From: Chitinophagaceae bacterium
Lineage (GTDB): Bacteria > Bacteroidota > Bacteroidia > Chitinophagales > REEL01
NCBI GenBank assembly: GCA_007695095.1
Contig: REEL01000088.1
Coordinates: forward strand, 44,551-108,550
Direction: 5' to 3'
Length of the DNA stretch: 64,000 nt
The position numbers and the translations under genes are program-made. Positions 34,351-44,950 of this stretch are shown here, piece after piece. Within the stretch, counting starts at the first letter, position 1, and every line of letters begins with the position of its first letter. The notes under the pieces are model-generated. The model searched no databases, had not been told where the DNA came from, and worked only from the letters and a program-made list of their open reading frames with translations.

Positions 34351-36681
34351 ATGGCCAAAAACCTGCTGATTGTAGAGTCCCCTGCTAAAGCTAAAACTAT
34401 AGAAAAATTCCTGGGAAAAGATTTCAAAGTAGTTTCAAGCTATGGGCATATCAGGGATTTAAAAAAAGATAAAATTTCAGTAAATACAGAAGAGAACTAT
34501 GCTCCTATTTACGAAATCCCTTCTGATAAGAAAAAATTGGTTGACAGCCTTAAAAAAGAAGCAAAATCAGCAGAAACTGTTTGGCTCGCAACGGATGAGG
34601 ACCGCGAGGGGGAAGCTATTTCCTGGCACTTATGTGAAATATTGGGATTAGAGCCCAAAGAAACAAAAAGGATAGTTTTCCATGAGATAACTGATAAAGC
34701 CATTCGAAAAGCTATAGAAAATCCACGTACAATCAATATGCATCTGGTGGATGCTCAGCAAGCAAGAAGAATTTTAGATCGCTTGGTAGGCTTTGAATTA
34801 TCCCCTGTTTTATGGAGAAAAATAAGCATGAAGGGTGGATTATCTGCCGGCAGGGTACAATCTGTTGCTGTGAGATTAATAGTAGAAAGAGAACGGGAGA
34901 TAATGGATTTCACTCCTAAAAACAATTTTAAGCTATCTGCAAATTTTAATGTAAAAGATAAATCCGGTTTAGAAGCAGTAATGAAAGCAGATGCTTCTTT
35001 CACATTCAAAGAAGAAAAAGAAGCTCAGGAATATCTTGAAAAATGCAAGCCGGCTACTTATGAAATAAAAACTCTGGAGACCAAGCCGGCAAAAAAGACA
35101 CCGGCGCCTCCTTTTACGACTTCCACCTTACAACAGGAAGCTGCCCGAAAGCTTAACTTTTCTGTATCCAGAACTATGAGTGTGGCTCAAAAACTATACG
35201 AATCCGGTAAAATCACTTACATGAGAACTGACTCAGTAAATTTATCTGATTCAGCAATGGAAGAAGCCGCCAGTGTTATCTCTAAAGACTTTGGAGATAA
35301 ATATGTTAAAAACAGAAGGTTCAAAACTAAATCTTCCGGGGCACAAGAAGCTCACGAAGCTATCAGACCTTCTTATATCAGTGAATCTTCAGCCGGCAAC
35401 AGCAATGATGAGGAACGTTTATATGAATTAATATGGAAAAGAACCATCGCATCTCAGATGAGCGACGCTGAATTAGAAAGAACTACGGCAAAAATAGAAA
35501 TCAGCACCACTAAAGATATGCTTACTGCCAAAGGTGAGGTTTTGAAGTTTGATGGTTTCTTAAAAGTGTATTTGGAATCAAGAGACGAGGACAGCGAGGA
35601 AGAAAGCTCAGGAATCCTGCCTCCTTTAGAAACAGGTCAAAAGTTAGATTTAATTGAATTTACAGCTACGGAAAGATTTACCCGCCAACCGCCGCGATAC
35701 AATGAAGCCAGCTTAGTAAAAAAACTCGAAGAGTTAGGCATTGGAAGACCTTCCACTTATGCTCCGACTATCAGTACAATACAGAAGAGGAATTATGTTG
35801 AAAAGAAGGAATTGGAAGGAAAAAACAGAACTTTTACAGTCTTAAGATTAGCCGGTGATAAAATCGATAAAAAGGTAAATAACGAAACCTATGGGCACGA
35901 AAAAAATAAGTTATACCCTACCGATATCGGAAAAGTTGTGAATGATTTTTTAGTCCAGTATTTTGACAAAGTGATGGATTACGGATTTACGGCAAAGATT
36001 GAGGAAGAGTTTGATGAAATTGCCAGTGGTCAGAAAAAGTGGGTTAAAATGATTGATGTTTTCTACAAACCATTCCATGAGAATGTAAAAGAAACTATAG
36101 AAAATGCAGAAAGAGCCACCGGAGAAAGAGAACTGGGAGTAGACCCAAAAACAAAAAGACCTGTTTTTGCAAGAATGGGGAAATACGGACCAATGGTACA
36201 AATAGGTCAGGTTGAAGATGAAGAAAAGCCACTTTTTTCTAAAATGCCTGCAAACTTTACCATTGATACAATTACGCTTGAAGAAGCCTTAAAACTTTTT
36301 GACTTACCACGGGTCTTAGGTGAATACGAAGACAAAGAAGTTACGGCTGCCATTGGAAGGTTTGGACCTTACATAAGACATAACAGTCTTTTTGCGTCCT
36401 TAAAGAAAGATCAAAATCCTCACACTATCACTTTTGAGGAAGCTGTAAAATTGATTGAGGAGAAAAAAGAAAAAGACAAAAATAAATATATAGCAACATT
36501 TGAGGAGCAAGATATACAGGTGTTAAACGGACCATATGGGCCTTATATAAAACAAGGGAGAAAAAATTTTAAAATTCCAAAAGACACAGACCCAAAGACA
36601 CTCACAGCGGAAGATTGTCTGGAAATCATAAAAAACACTCCTGAAAAAAAGGGAGGAAGAGGACGAGCCAAAAAAAAATAA
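34351..36681 (+). CDS. topA: DNA topoisomerase I
   Basis: 776 aa. Toprim LLIVESPAKAKTI and LATDEDREGEAISWH. Active-site region ITYMRTDS. C-terminal GRFGPYI/GPYGPYI repeats typical of Bacteroidota TopA. Confidence 0.96.
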   Translation: MAKNLLIVESPAKAKTIEKFLGKDFKVVSSYGHIRDLKKDKISVNTEENYAPIYEIPSDKKKLVDSLKKEAKSAETVWLATDEDREGEAISWHLCEILGLEPKETKRIVFHEITDKAIRKAIENPRTINMHLVDAQQARRILDRLVGFELSPVLWRKISMKGGLSAGRVQSVAVRLIVEREREIMDFTPKNNFKLSANFNVKDKSGLEAVMKADASFTFKEEKEAQEYLEKCKPATYEIKTLETKPAKKTPAPPFTTSTLQQEAARKLNFSVSRTMSVAQKLYESGKITYMRTDSVNLSDSAMEEAASVISKDFGDKYVKNRRFKTKSSGAQEAHEAIRPSYISESSAGNSNDEERLYELIWKRTIASQMSDAELERTTAKIEISTTKDMLTAKGEVLKFDGFLKVYLESRDEDSEEESSGILPPLETGQKLDLIEFTATERFTRQPPRYNEASLVKKLEELGIGRPSTYAPTISTIQKRNYVEKKELEGKNRTFTVLRLAGDKIDKKVNNETYGHEKNKLYPTDIGKVVNDFLVQYFDKVMDYGFTAKIEEEFDEIASGQKKWVKMIDVFYKPFHENVKETIENAERATGERELGVDPKTKRPVFARMGKYGPMVQIGQVEDEEKPLFSKMPANFTIDTITLEEALKLFDLPRVLGEYEDKEVTAAIGRFGPYIRHNSLFASLKKDQNPHTITFEEAVKLIEEKKEKDKNKYIATFEEQDIQVLNGPYGPYIKQGRKNFKIPKDTDPKTLTAEDCLEIIKNTPEKKGGRGRAKKK

Positions 36682-36693
36682 TATGAAAGGAAT

Positions 36694-37584
36694 ATGGCTG
36701 AAGTAAAACTTGAAACACTCATTAAGCTTCTCGATGACCCGGATGAAGAAGTATATTTTCAGATTTCAGATGAAATCAGAAATTTGGGTACTTATGTTAT
36801 TCCTAAGCTTGAGTCAATCTGGGAAACAAACCCTAATCCTTTAATTCAGGAAAGGATTGAAAATATTATCAGTGAAATTCAACTTCATGAGCTTTGTATT
36901 GAATTTGATGAATGGCTTGATGATAATGGCCAAAATCTTTTAACCGGTATTTGCCTGGTAAATCGCTTTCAATATCCGGAATATGACCAAAATGATTTTC
37001 TTAGAAGTATTCAGAAAATCGAACAATCAATCTGGTTGGAACTTGCTCCCTATCTTACATCTTTTGAGCAAATAAATGTTTTTAATAAAGTTTTCTACGA
37101 AATTTATGGCTTTCAGGGTATTCCTGTAAATGAAAATATGAATCATATTATGCCTAACAGAGTTTTAGAGAACAAAAAAGGGGTTGCTCTAACCATAGGC
37201 ATTATTTATCTTCTTTTAGCCGAAAGACTTCATATTCCTCTAAAAGGAGTAAACCTGCCAGGGAGATTTATACTGGCATATTGTAATAAAGAAAATCCAT
37301 CCTACTTTAGTGTTCTAAATAATCCCGGAAATATTTTATTTTATGTAAATCCACATAAATCCGGTGCAATCTTCACTATTGATGAAATAAAAGAATTTTT
37401 GAATAAATACGATTTACCTGCCAAAAATGAATTTATTCTCCCTTGCTCAAATATTCAGATTGTATATCTGCTTTTTGAATACATGTCTAAAGCTTATGAA
37501 AGTATGAGGAATAAACAAAAATTTCATCAATCCGAATTTCTGATGAAACACCTGCAAAAAAAGATTTCAGAAAACGATATTTGA
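36694..37584 (+). CDS. Transglutaminase-fold SirB1/UPF0162-like protein
   Basis: 296 aa. The block ALTIGIIYLLLAERLHIPLKGVNLPGRFIL resembles the SirB1-family core. N-terminal helical region. Assignment by remembered pattern only. Confidence 0.5.
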   Translation: MAEVKLETLIKLLDDPDEEVYFQISDEIRNLGTYVIPKLESIWETNPNPLIQERIENIISEIQLHELCIEFDEWLDDNGQNLLTGICLVNRFQYPEYDQNDFLRSIQKIEQSIWLELAPYLTSFEQINVFNKVFYEIYGFQGIPVNENMNHIMPNRVLENKKGVALTIGIIYLLLAERLHIPLKGVNLPGRFILAYCNKENPSYFSVLNNPGNILFYVNPHKSGAIFTIDEIKEFLNKYDLPAKNEFILPCSNIQIVYLLFEYMSKAYESMRNKQKFHQSEFLMKHLQKKISENDI

Positions 37585-37653
37585 ACTTTTCACTATTTCA
37601 AGGCAAAGTTTTTCTAACTTCGTTAAATTAAAATATATCAATAATTTTTTAAA

Positions 37654-38544
37654 ATGAGTTTAAATTCTTTAGTAAGCAGCTTAAATGAGTATTCTCTACA
37701 ACTTACTATGATATTTACTGCCATTATAGTTGCTTTAGTTTTAAAAAAATTAATCAATAGTTATATAAAGAGAAATATCAACTTACGTCCGGAAAACAGA
37801 ACAAGTTTAGTATTTTTAAATCATTCACTCAGCTTTCTGTTATTTCTGTTTTTAGGCATTTTTGTTATTTACAATATTCCTTATCTCAAAGCTCTTTCTG
37901 TTTCACTATTTGCAGGAGCAGGTATTTTGGTAGTAATTATAGGTTTAGCTTCTCAACAAGCTTTTTCAAATATTGTGAGTGGAATTTTTATTGTAATATT
38001 CAAACCCTTCAGGGTTGGTGACAGAATAGAAGTAAGTACTGAACAAAGAGGTGTGGTAGAAGACATAACTCTTCGCCATACTGTTATCAGAAATTTTGAA
38101 AACAAAAGAATTATTGTACCTAATTCATTAATCAGCAGCCAAATAATAGTTAACCTAAATATAGGTGATGATAAAATTTGTCGCTTTGTAGATTTTGGAA
38201 TCAGCTTTGACAGTGATGTTGAAAAAGCGATTTCAATTATGAAGGAAGAGTGTGAAAATCACCCGCTTTCAATAGATAACCGAACTGAAGAACAAAAAGC
38301 AGCCGGTGACCCAAAAGTTACTGTCAGATTGATAAATTTTGGAGATTCTTCTGTTAATTTGAGGGCTTTTGTTTGGGCAGCAGACCCCCCCACTGCTTTT
38401 AAGTTAGGTAGTGAACTAAATATCAGCATTAAAAAACGATTTGATAATGAAGGAATTGAAATTCCTTTTCCTTACAGAACTTTGGTATTTAAAAATCAGG
38501 GAAATAATAATTCGCCCAATGTTACTGTACCCCCAATAAAATAA
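37654..38544 (+). CDS. Mechanosensitive ion channel (MscS family)
   Basis: 296 aa with three TM helices, then the MscS core FSNIVSGIFIVIFKPFRVGDRIEV...GVVEDITLRHTVIRNFENKRIIVPNS. Confidence 0.9.
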   Translation: MSLNSLVSSLNEYSLQLTMIFTAIIVALVLKKLINSYIKRNINLRPENRTSLVFLNHSLSFLLFLFLGIFVIYNIPYLKALSVSLFAGAGILVVIIGLASQQAFSNIVSGIFIVIFKPFRVGDRIEVSTEQRGVVEDITLRHTVIRNFENKRIIVPNSLISSQIIVNLNIGDDKICRFVDFGISFDSDVEKAISIMKEECENHPLSIDNRTEEQKAAGDPKVTVRLINFGDSSVNLRAFVWAADPPTAFKLGSELNISIKKRFDNEGIEIPFPYRTLVFKNQGNNNSPNVTVPPIK

Positions 38545-38545
38545 T

Positions 38546-39550
38546 ATGACTTTAGTATATTTTTATCAGCTCATACTTGCTTTACTAGGTCTGGTTTTAT
38601 TGATAAAAGGAGCTGACTTCTTTGTAGAAAGCGCATCTGCGATTGCAAAAAAACTGCAAATTCCGGAGTTTATCATTGGCTTTACTATAATTGCTTTGGG
38701 AACTTCACTTCCTGAGTTCGGTTCAAATATTTATAGCTCTGCAATAGGTCATGATGACTTCATAGTTGGAAATATTATTGGAAGTAATCTTTTTAACCTT
38801 TTGGCTGTGCTTGGGATTTGTTCTTTGATGTTCCGGGTTTATATCAGCCCGCGAACGCTTTTCATTGACTGGACTTTCTCATTGATTTTATCTGTATTGT
38901 TGATGATTCTAATTTACGGATTCGCTTTGACCTCCAATCAATCCGGTTTTTTATCCAGAGCTGATGGACTGGTTTTAATTTTCTTGTTCATCGGGTTTTA
39001 TATTTACATTATCCGTACTTCCAAAAAAGATCTCCCTGTTGAAAATGAAAAGTTTTCAGCAAAATCAAATACATGGAATATTCTTAGTCTCATTGGAGGA
39101 TTAGCTGCTCTGCTATTAGGAAGCAAATTAGCTGTCGACGGACTCAAAGATTTAAGTGGTCTTATTGGAATATCTCAACATACTACTGCCGTAATTTTGT
39201 TAGCCGGCGGCACTTCTTTACCTGAGTTAAGTACTGCTTATGCTGCATTTAAAAATAACAAGGGAAATATGGCCGTGGGGTCTATCATTGGCTCTAATAT
39301 CATTAACATTGGTTTAATCCTTGGGATTAGTGTTTTAATTCACCCAACTATTGTATTAAAAGAATATTTCAATGATTTGTCTTTTTTAATTGTGGGTACT
39401 ACTTTACCTCTTATTGTCTTAATATTTATGTATGCTTCACAGAAAAAAACCGGTAAATTACCTTATATATCTATAGCCCTCGGAACGGTAATGATGGTTC
39501 TTTTTCTCACCTTTTTATACAGTAATATCAATGAGTTTCTGGGTTTATAA
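38546..39550 (+). CDS. Calcium/sodium antiporter (CaCA family, YrbG-like)
   Basis: 334 aa, polytopic. Duplicated alpha-repeat motifs GTSLPEFGSN and GTSLPELSTA, each followed by GSNLFN/GSNIIN. Confidence 0.9.
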   Translation: MTLVYFYQLILALLGLVLLIKGADFFVESASAIAKKLQIPEFIIGFTIIALGTSLPEFGSNIYSSAIGHDDFIVGNIIGSNLFNLLAVLGICSLMFRVYISPRTLFIDWTFSLILSVLLMILIYGFALTSNQSGFLSRADGLVLIFLFIGFYIYIIRTSKKDLPVENEKFSAKSNTWNILSLIGGLAALLLGSKLAVDGLKDLSGLIGISQHTTAVILLAGGTSLPELSTAYAAFKNNKGNMAVGSIIGSNIINIGLILGISVLIHPTIVLKEYFNDLSFLIVGTTLPLIVLIFMYASQKKTGKLPYISIALGTVMMVLFLTFLYSNINEFLGL

Positions 39551-39552
39551 AT

Positions 39553-40620
39553 TTAGGGGAATTTAAAAGCCTGTTGTTTTACATATTTTGATTTATACCC
39601 TTCAGTTTCTTGCTCTATAATCAGTTCCATGGCTTCTGTATTTTCAAAAACTTCTTTTATATTTTTAATTTCAGCAACCGGAATTCCATTTTTGTGACAA
39701 TATTCTAAGGTAGCCGTGCTATTTACTTTTTTAAACGCATCCTGTAGAAACTCAAGAAGAATAAGTCTGTTATTTACCCTCATTTCATTAGTTTGAAATC
39801 GCTGATCCAAAGGCAGCTTTTCCAACTCCAAAAATTTACACAAACCTTCAAATTGACGATTACTTCCAATAGCTAAAACAATACTCTTATCATCTTTTGT
39901 TTTACATTGCTCTCCATAAGGTGCAATGTTAGGATGCAAACTGCCGGAAAGTCCCGGCAATTTATTTGCTATTAACCAATTTGAAGCTTGATTTGTCAAG
40001 GCAGAAACGGCTGCTTGAAAAAGAGAAACTTTTATGTGACTCCCCTCATTGTTTCTTTCTCTCCTAAGTAAGGCTGTTAAAATTCCCTCTTTTAACTGAT
40101 GGGCAGCTAAAACATCTATCAAAGCAACCGGCATCTTTAATGGTCCGCTAGTATCACTGCCATTGATACTCATAAATCCACTCTCAGCTTGTAGAATCAA
40201 ATCGTAAGCAAGTCTTTCTGATTGGTCAAAAAAACCGGTAATCCAGCCGTAAATTAAAGATTTATTTATTTTTTCAAGATTTGAATAATCCAGATTATAC
40301 GTCTGCAATTTAGCCTCACTAAGGTTTGTAAGGAATATATCCGTTCCTTTCACCAGCTTTTTTATCTGTTGAAGATCTTTTGAATCAGTTAAATCAGCAT
40401 ACATTAACTTTTTGCCATAGTTAACTGATAAATAATAAGCAGATAAATGTTCCGGTGTACTTTCATTATCCAACTTCCACGTTCTGGTATTGTCACCTTT
40501 TGTCCGTTTATTTTCAATTTTTAAAACCTCGGCTCCGAGTTCAGCCAAGAAACTACCAACAGAAGGACCGGCCAATACCGTTGACATGTCTATAACTTTG
40601 ATTCCTTTTAAAATATCCAT
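39553..40620 (-). CDS. Family III CoA-transferase (CaiB/BaiF type)
   Basis: 355 aa. N-terminus LKGIKVIDMSTVLAGPSVGSFLAELGAEVLKIE and internal VALIDVLAA, consistent with the family. Confidence 0.85.
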   Translation of the reverse strand: MDILKGIKVIDMSTVLAGPSVGSFLAELGAEVLKIENKRTKGDNTRTWKLDNESTPEHLSAYYLSVNYGKKLMYADLTDSKDLQQIKKLVKGTDIFLTNLSEAKLQTYNLDYSNLEKINKSLIYGWITGFFDQSERLAYDLILQAESGFMSINGSDTSGPLKMPVALIDVLAAHQLKEGILTALLRRERNNEGSHIKVSLFQAAVSALTNQASNWLIANKLPGLSGSLHPNIAPYGEQCKTKDDKSIVLAIGSNRQFEGLCKFLELEKLPLDQRFQTNEMRVNNRLILLEFLQDAFKKVNSTATLEYCHKNGIPVAEIKNIKEVFENTEAMELIIEQETEGYKSKYVKQQAFKFP

Positions 40621-40648
40621 CCCTTCATAAATTTACTACTTTGTGAAA

Positions 40649-41206
40649 TCAATCTTCAAATATCTTTTGACCGATTTGAGCGGTTGAGTAAAAAGCCCAG
40701 ATTGATATCCCTGCAGCTACAGAAACATTTAATGAGTGCTTAGTTCCATATTGAGGTATTTCCAAACATTCATCAGCCAAATCCATGATTTCATCCTGCA
40801 CGCCTTCGACCTCATTTCCAATTACCAAAACAGCTTTTTTCCCATCCCAATTAAGCTTATCCATCATCAGACTATTATCTGCCTGCTCAAGTGCAAATAT
40901 TTTGTAATCGTTTGACTTTAGATCGCTTATAAGCTCATTAATATCCTTTCTGTATTCCCATTTAACGGTTTCAGTAGCTCCCAGTGCAGTTTTATGAATC
41001 TCTCTGTGAGGTGGTTGGGCAGTAATGCCACACAAATAAATCTTTTCTATTCGAAATGCATCCGCAGTTCTAAATATAGCACCGGTATTATTCAAACTTC
41101 TGATATTATCTAAAACCAGAATTAATGGCATCTTAGTTGATTTTTCAAAATCTTCATTTTCCAGACGCTGAAGGTCTTCCATTGATTTTTTTCTGAACTC
41201 ATGCAT
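40649..41206 (-). CDS. TrmH/SpoU-family RNA 2'-O-methyltransferase
   Basis: 185 aa with SpoU motifs LDNIRSLNNTGAIFRTADAF, LVIGNEVEGV and IPQYGTKHSLNVSVAAGI. Confidence 0.88.
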   Translation of the reverse strand: MHEFRKKSMEDLQRLENEDFEKSTKMPLILVLDNIRSLNNTGAIFRTADAFRIEKIYLCGITAQPPHREIHKTALGATETVKWEYRKDINELISDLKSNDYKIFALEQADNSLMMDKLNWDGKKAVLVIGNEVEGVQDEIMDLADECLEIPQYGTKHSLNVSVAAGISIWAFYSTAQIGQKIFED

Positions 41207-41226
41207 TTCAATAGACTTTTTAATAT

Positions 41227-41934
41227 TTAAATGATTATACTTTTTTCTTCTCCGTCCAATAAATCTTTATAATAAAAAATTGTATTCTCTTTAGTAATGT
41301 TTATTGAGCAAAAACTAACTGAAGCTACTATTGCAAATCGGTTTAAGCAAACTGCATTCAATGGATTTTCCATTCCTGCTTCTAAATGAAAATTTTTAAT
41401 GCTGTTGAAATCAGGTTTTTTAATTTCGCCTAAAAACTTTTCCAGCCAATGCTCTCTCTCTTTTTTTTGAGAGTTACTAAAAAGGGCTGATGAAGAAATA
41501 ATATGTGGTTTTTTAGAATCCTCATTTTTGATGTGTAAGTCTTTGGAATCCCAACGAAAATCGAATAAACCCTGCTTGATATCAAAGAAAACAATAGTAA
41601 AAGGCTCAATCCCCTCTAAGTCGTAATCATTGAAAAAAGTTAATTTGTCTGATGAACTCATGAAGTCTATCAGTACCAATCCCCTGCTTTTTTTATAGGG
41701 TAACTCCCGCTTATGCTTTTCAAATGCACCATTCATAAGGCAGGCTACCTGCTGCCCTGCATTTACACAAATCCAGGAACCACCCCCTTGAGGATCTTTT
41801 GGATAAAAAAGTTTTTTATTTTCAATAAAATATTTTTTTGGCAGTTTTGCTTTAGGTCTCAAAGGTGATTCATCTCTGTTAACATTGAAAAAAAAGGAAT
41901 CATCTTCAGCCGAAAAAAAAGTAAATGTACACAT
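41227..41934 (-). CDS. NRDE-family protein (TANGO2-like)
   Basis: 235 aa. N-terminal MCT followed by the literal NRDE motif (FNVNRDESPLRP). The size is typical of the family. Confidence 0.75.
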   Translation of the reverse strand: MCTFTFFSAEDDSFFFNVNRDESPLRPKAKLPKKYFIENKKLFYPKDPQGGGSWICVNAGQQVACLMNGAFEKHKRELPYKKSRGLVLIDFMSSSDKLTFFNDYDLEGIEPFTIVFFDIKQGLFDFRWDSKDLHIKNEDSKKPHIISSSALFSNSQKKEREHWLEKFLGEIKKPDFNSIKNFHLEAGMENPLNAVCLNRFAIVASVSFCSINITKENTIFYYKDLLDGEEKSIII

Positions 41935-41982
41935 AGAGCCATTGAATTTTTCGAAATTAAATTAGGATTACTTTAAAAATAG

Positions 41983-41990
41983 TAATTTTG
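41983..41990 (+). promoter_or_regulatory. Candidate Bacteroidota -7 box (TAATTTTG) for guaA
   Basis: Exact match to TAnnTTTG, 36 nt upstream of the guaA ATG at 42027. No clear -33 TTTG seen. Confidence 0.4.
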
Positions 41991-42026
41991 GGCTTTCAAA
42001 AGTAAAATAATAAGTCAATATATTAC

Positions 42027-43571
42027 ATGCACGAAAAAATAGTTATCCTCGATTTTGGTTCGCAATATACTCAGTTAATAGCCCGTAGAATTAGAGAGGC
42101 AGGAGTTTACAGCGAAATACTGCCTTACAATAAGAAGTTTGAAATCACTAAAAATATAAAAGGTGTTATTCTTTCCGGAAGCCCTTTTTCAGTTCGGGCT
42201 AAAAACACTTTGAAGCCTTTGTTTACAGACTACCTGGATAAAGTTCCTACACTGGCAATTTGTTATGGCGCACAGTGGGTGGTAGATAATTTTGGTGGAA
42301 AAGTAGAGTCTTCCCAAAAAAGAGAATACGGTCGGGCAAATCTGAAAATTCTAAAAAAAGAACACCCTTTATTTAAAAGTATTCCTGCTGAATCACAAGT
42401 CTGGATGTCACATGCCGATTCTATAATGGAGTTACCGGAAGGTTTTAATATTATAGCTCAAACAAATGACATTCCGGTTGCGGCTTTTGAAAGGGAAATT
42501 AATGGCACTGATGAAAAAGCTCTTTTAGGTGTTCAATTTCACCCTGAAGTAGTTCATACTGTCTACGGAGCTGAGATCCTTTCTAATTTTCTGTTTAGTG
42601 TCTGTGCTTGCAAAGGAGACTGGACACCTGAAGTATTCATAGAAGAGGCTATTGAAAAGATACGTAAAACAACGAATGGCAGAAAAGTACTAATCGGACT
42701 TTCCGGAGGAGTAGACTCAAGCGTTGCGGCTATTTTAATTCACAGAGCTATAGGTAAAAACCTACATTGTGTTTTTGTAAACAACGGACTTTTGAGAAAA
42801 AATGAATTTTCAGAAGTTTTGGAGTCCTATAAAGATATGGGGTTGAATATTACAGGAGTTGACGCGAGTAAAAAATTTTACGAAGAGTTAAAAGGGGTTG
42901 ATGACCCTGAAAAAAAACGTAAAATAATTGGTCGTGTATTTATTGAAGTTTTTGATGAAGAAGCCCATAAAATAGAAGAAGTCGACTGGTTAGCACAGGG
43001 AACTATTTATCCTGATGTTATTGAATCTGTTAGTGTACACGGGCCTTCAGTCACTATCAAATCACATCATAATGTGGGTGGTCTACCTGAAAAGCTAAAT
43101 ATGAAAGTACTGGAGCCATTAAGGGCTCTGTTTAAAGATGAAGTTAGGAAGATTGGCTATGAATTAGAGATTTCTCCTTCTATTTTGGAAAGACACCCTT
43201 TCCCGGGTCCGGGTCTTGGCATTCGAATAATTGGAGATATAACTGAAGAGAAAGTCAGAATTTTACAGGAAGCAGACTATATTTTTGTAAATTCGTTAAA
43301 GGAACGTAAGCTTTATAATGATGTTTGGCAAGCCGGCGCAATGTTGTTGCCGGTAAAAAGTGTAGGTGTCATGGGTGATGAAAGAACTTATGAAAATGTC
43401 GTGGCACTCAGAGCAGTGAGCTCTGTAGATGGTATGACGGCAGACTGGTGTCACTTGCCTTATGATTTTTTAGCCGAAGTTTCGCAAAAAATAATTAACC
43501 AGGTAAAAGGTATAAACAGGGTTGTCTATGACATTAGCTCAAAACCACCATCTACAATTGAATGGGAATAA
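42027..43571 (+). CDS. guaA: GMP synthase (glutamine-hydrolysing)
   Basis: 514 aa. GATase domain ([14 protein letters not shown]), ATP-PPase loop LSGGVDSSV and C-terminal dimerisation domain ending PPSTIEWE. Confidence 0.97.
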   Translation: MHEKIVILDFGSQYTQLIARRIREAGVYSEILPYNKKFEITKNIKGVILSGSPFSVRAKNTLKPLFTDYLDKVPTLAICYGAQWVVDNFGGKVESSQKREYGRANLKILKKEHPLFKSIPAESQVWMSHADSIMELPEGFNIIAQTNDIPVAAFEREINGTDEKALLGVQFHPEVVHTVYGAEILSNFLFSVCACKGDWTPEVFIEEAIEKIRKTTNGRKVLIGLSGGVDSSVAAILIHRAIGKNLHCVFVNNGLLRKNEFSEVLESYKDMGLNITGVDASKKFYEELKGVDDPEKKRKIIGRVFIEVFDEEAHKIEEVDWLAQGTIYPDVIESVSVHGPSVTIKSHHNVGGLPEKLNMKVLEPLRALFKDEVRKIGYELEISPSILERHPFPGPGLGIRIIGDITEEKVRILQEADYIFVNSLKERKLYNDVWQAGAMLLPVKSVGVMGDERTYENVVALRAVSSVDGMTADWCHLPYDFLAEVSQKIINQVKGINRVVYDISSKPPSTIEWE

Positions 43572-44919
43572 AAAATATATTTGGATTTTACTTCTAAGTA
43601 TAGTGTTTCAATCATGCGCAATTCTGCGTGGGCCGTCAGAACCTGAGAGAGATGTTTTGATTATCGATGGTACCCGCACAGAAGAAGAGTTGAAGGCAGA
43701 AGACATTGAAATAATAGTTGACCCGGATGTGGATCCGGATGAAGTATATATTCCTAAAATCGGCTTTCTGTTGCCTTTATTTTTAGACTCCTTAAATATT
43801 AATATTTATGATGAAATATATTTTTCCCCTGAAGATTTTGAAAGGTCTAAATTAGGGCTTAACTTTCTTAAAGGAGTTAAGTTAGCTATTGATAGTCTGG
43901 ATAAAAAAGGATTAAACCTAAATGTTAAAATCTGGGACTCCGCCAATGATCCACAAAAAGTACGACGACTGTTTAACTCGGGAGCATTCGATTCTCTGGA
44001 CATTCTGATTGGGCCGATTTACAATAGTCCCCTAAGAACTGCCACACAGTTAAATAAAAACAAAGAACTGTTTGTTGTTTCTCCCCTTTCTCCTGCCGAT
44101 AATATCACCGAAAAAAACCCTTATTATTTACAAATTAATCCCACAATCAAAATGCATTGTGATGTGTTGTTTGATTATATTATTTTTAAACACAGATATC
44201 AAAACAATATAGTTCTCTACCCGGAACAGGATAAAAACAGTCCGGCAGTTGAGTATCTCAAAGAACTACTGAAAATCTATACCGAGAGAAATCCATTTGC
44301 TACTTTTAAACTTCAATTTGCACAAATTGACTCAGCAAGGGTACCAAATGCAAACTTAAGCAGATTCTTGGTTCCCGGAACTCAAAATAACTTTATTATC
44401 CCTACTCTAAATCCCGGAGTGGTTAATAATTTTGCTCGTCAATTATTTAACGAAGTAGAGGATTATGATATCAATGTATTTGGGTTCCCAATTTGGGGTA
44501 ATGTAGAACGAATTCGAATGGATTACCTTCATGGACTGAATGTTCATTTCACATCCAGTTTTCATACTGATAATGAAAAAAAAGAAATCGTGGAATTCAA
44601 TAAAAAGTTCTATCAGGCTTTTAACAACATTCCAGATGAAAATAGCATTAAAGCCTATGATATTTCCATGTACTTTTTTTACTTATTACATGAATTCGGG
44701 CAAGATTTCAAAACTTATCTGGAAGATTACATTTACAGAGGATTGCACACAAATCTATATTTCAAAGCCGAGTTAAATGATGATATTTTAACAACTGAAT
44801 TATCCGAATCAGCTCCTCAAAGAGGTAGAATCGACAATAAAAATGATATTAATTTTTATCAGAACAGTTCATTACATATTTTGCGATTTGAAGACTTTTC
44901 TTTAAAAAAGGTAAATTAA
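43522..44919 (+). CDS. Lipoprotein with a periplasmic-binding-protein (type 1, LivK-like) style fold; start probably TTG 43558
   Basis: From TTG 43558 the N-terminus reads (M)[20 protein letters not shown], a lipoprotein signal. The body has alternating beta/alpha PBP-like segments ([18 protein letters not shown]). The fold call is weak. Confidence 0.6.
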   Translation: MSMTLAQNHHLQLNGNKKYIWILLLSIVFQSCAILRGPSEPERDVLIIDGTRTEEELKAEDIEIIVDPDVDPDEVYIPKIGFLLPLFLDSLNINIYDEIYFSPEDFERSKLGLNFLKGVKLAIDSLDKKGLNLNVKIWDSANDPQKVRRLFNSGAFDSLDILIGPIYNSPLRTATQLNKNKELFVVSPLSPADNITEKNPYYLQINPTIKMHCDVLFDYIIFKHRYQNNIVLYPEQDKNSPAVEYLKELLKIYTERNPFATFKLQFAQIDSARVPNANLSRFLVPGTQNNFIIPTLNPGVVNNFARQLFNEVEDYDINVFGFPIWGNVERIRMDYLHGLNVHFTSSFHTDNEKKEIVEFNKKFYQAFNNIPDENSIKAYDISMYFFYLLHEFGQDFKTYLEDYIYRGLHTNLYFKAELNDDILTTELSESAPQRGRIDNKNDINFYQNSSLHILRFEDFSLKKVN

Positions 44920-44950
44920 AACCTACATCCATTTTTATTAAATTTTTTAC

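Noticed and set aside
41935-42026. Purine riboswitch upstream of guaA. I also looked for cobalamin, TPP or other riboswitches upstream of the two TonB-dependent receptors (27362-27564 and 31725-32157).
   Set aside because: None of the conserved riboswitch cores I can recall is present, and the leaders are short and AT-rich. A covariance-model scan would be needed for certainty.
43522-43571. A 50-nt overlap between guaA and the next gene, considered as a possible recoding or coupling site
   Set aside because: An in-frame TTG at 43558 gives a textbook lipoprotein signal peptide. This reduces the overlap to 14 nt, so the long overlap is probably an ORF-calling artefact.
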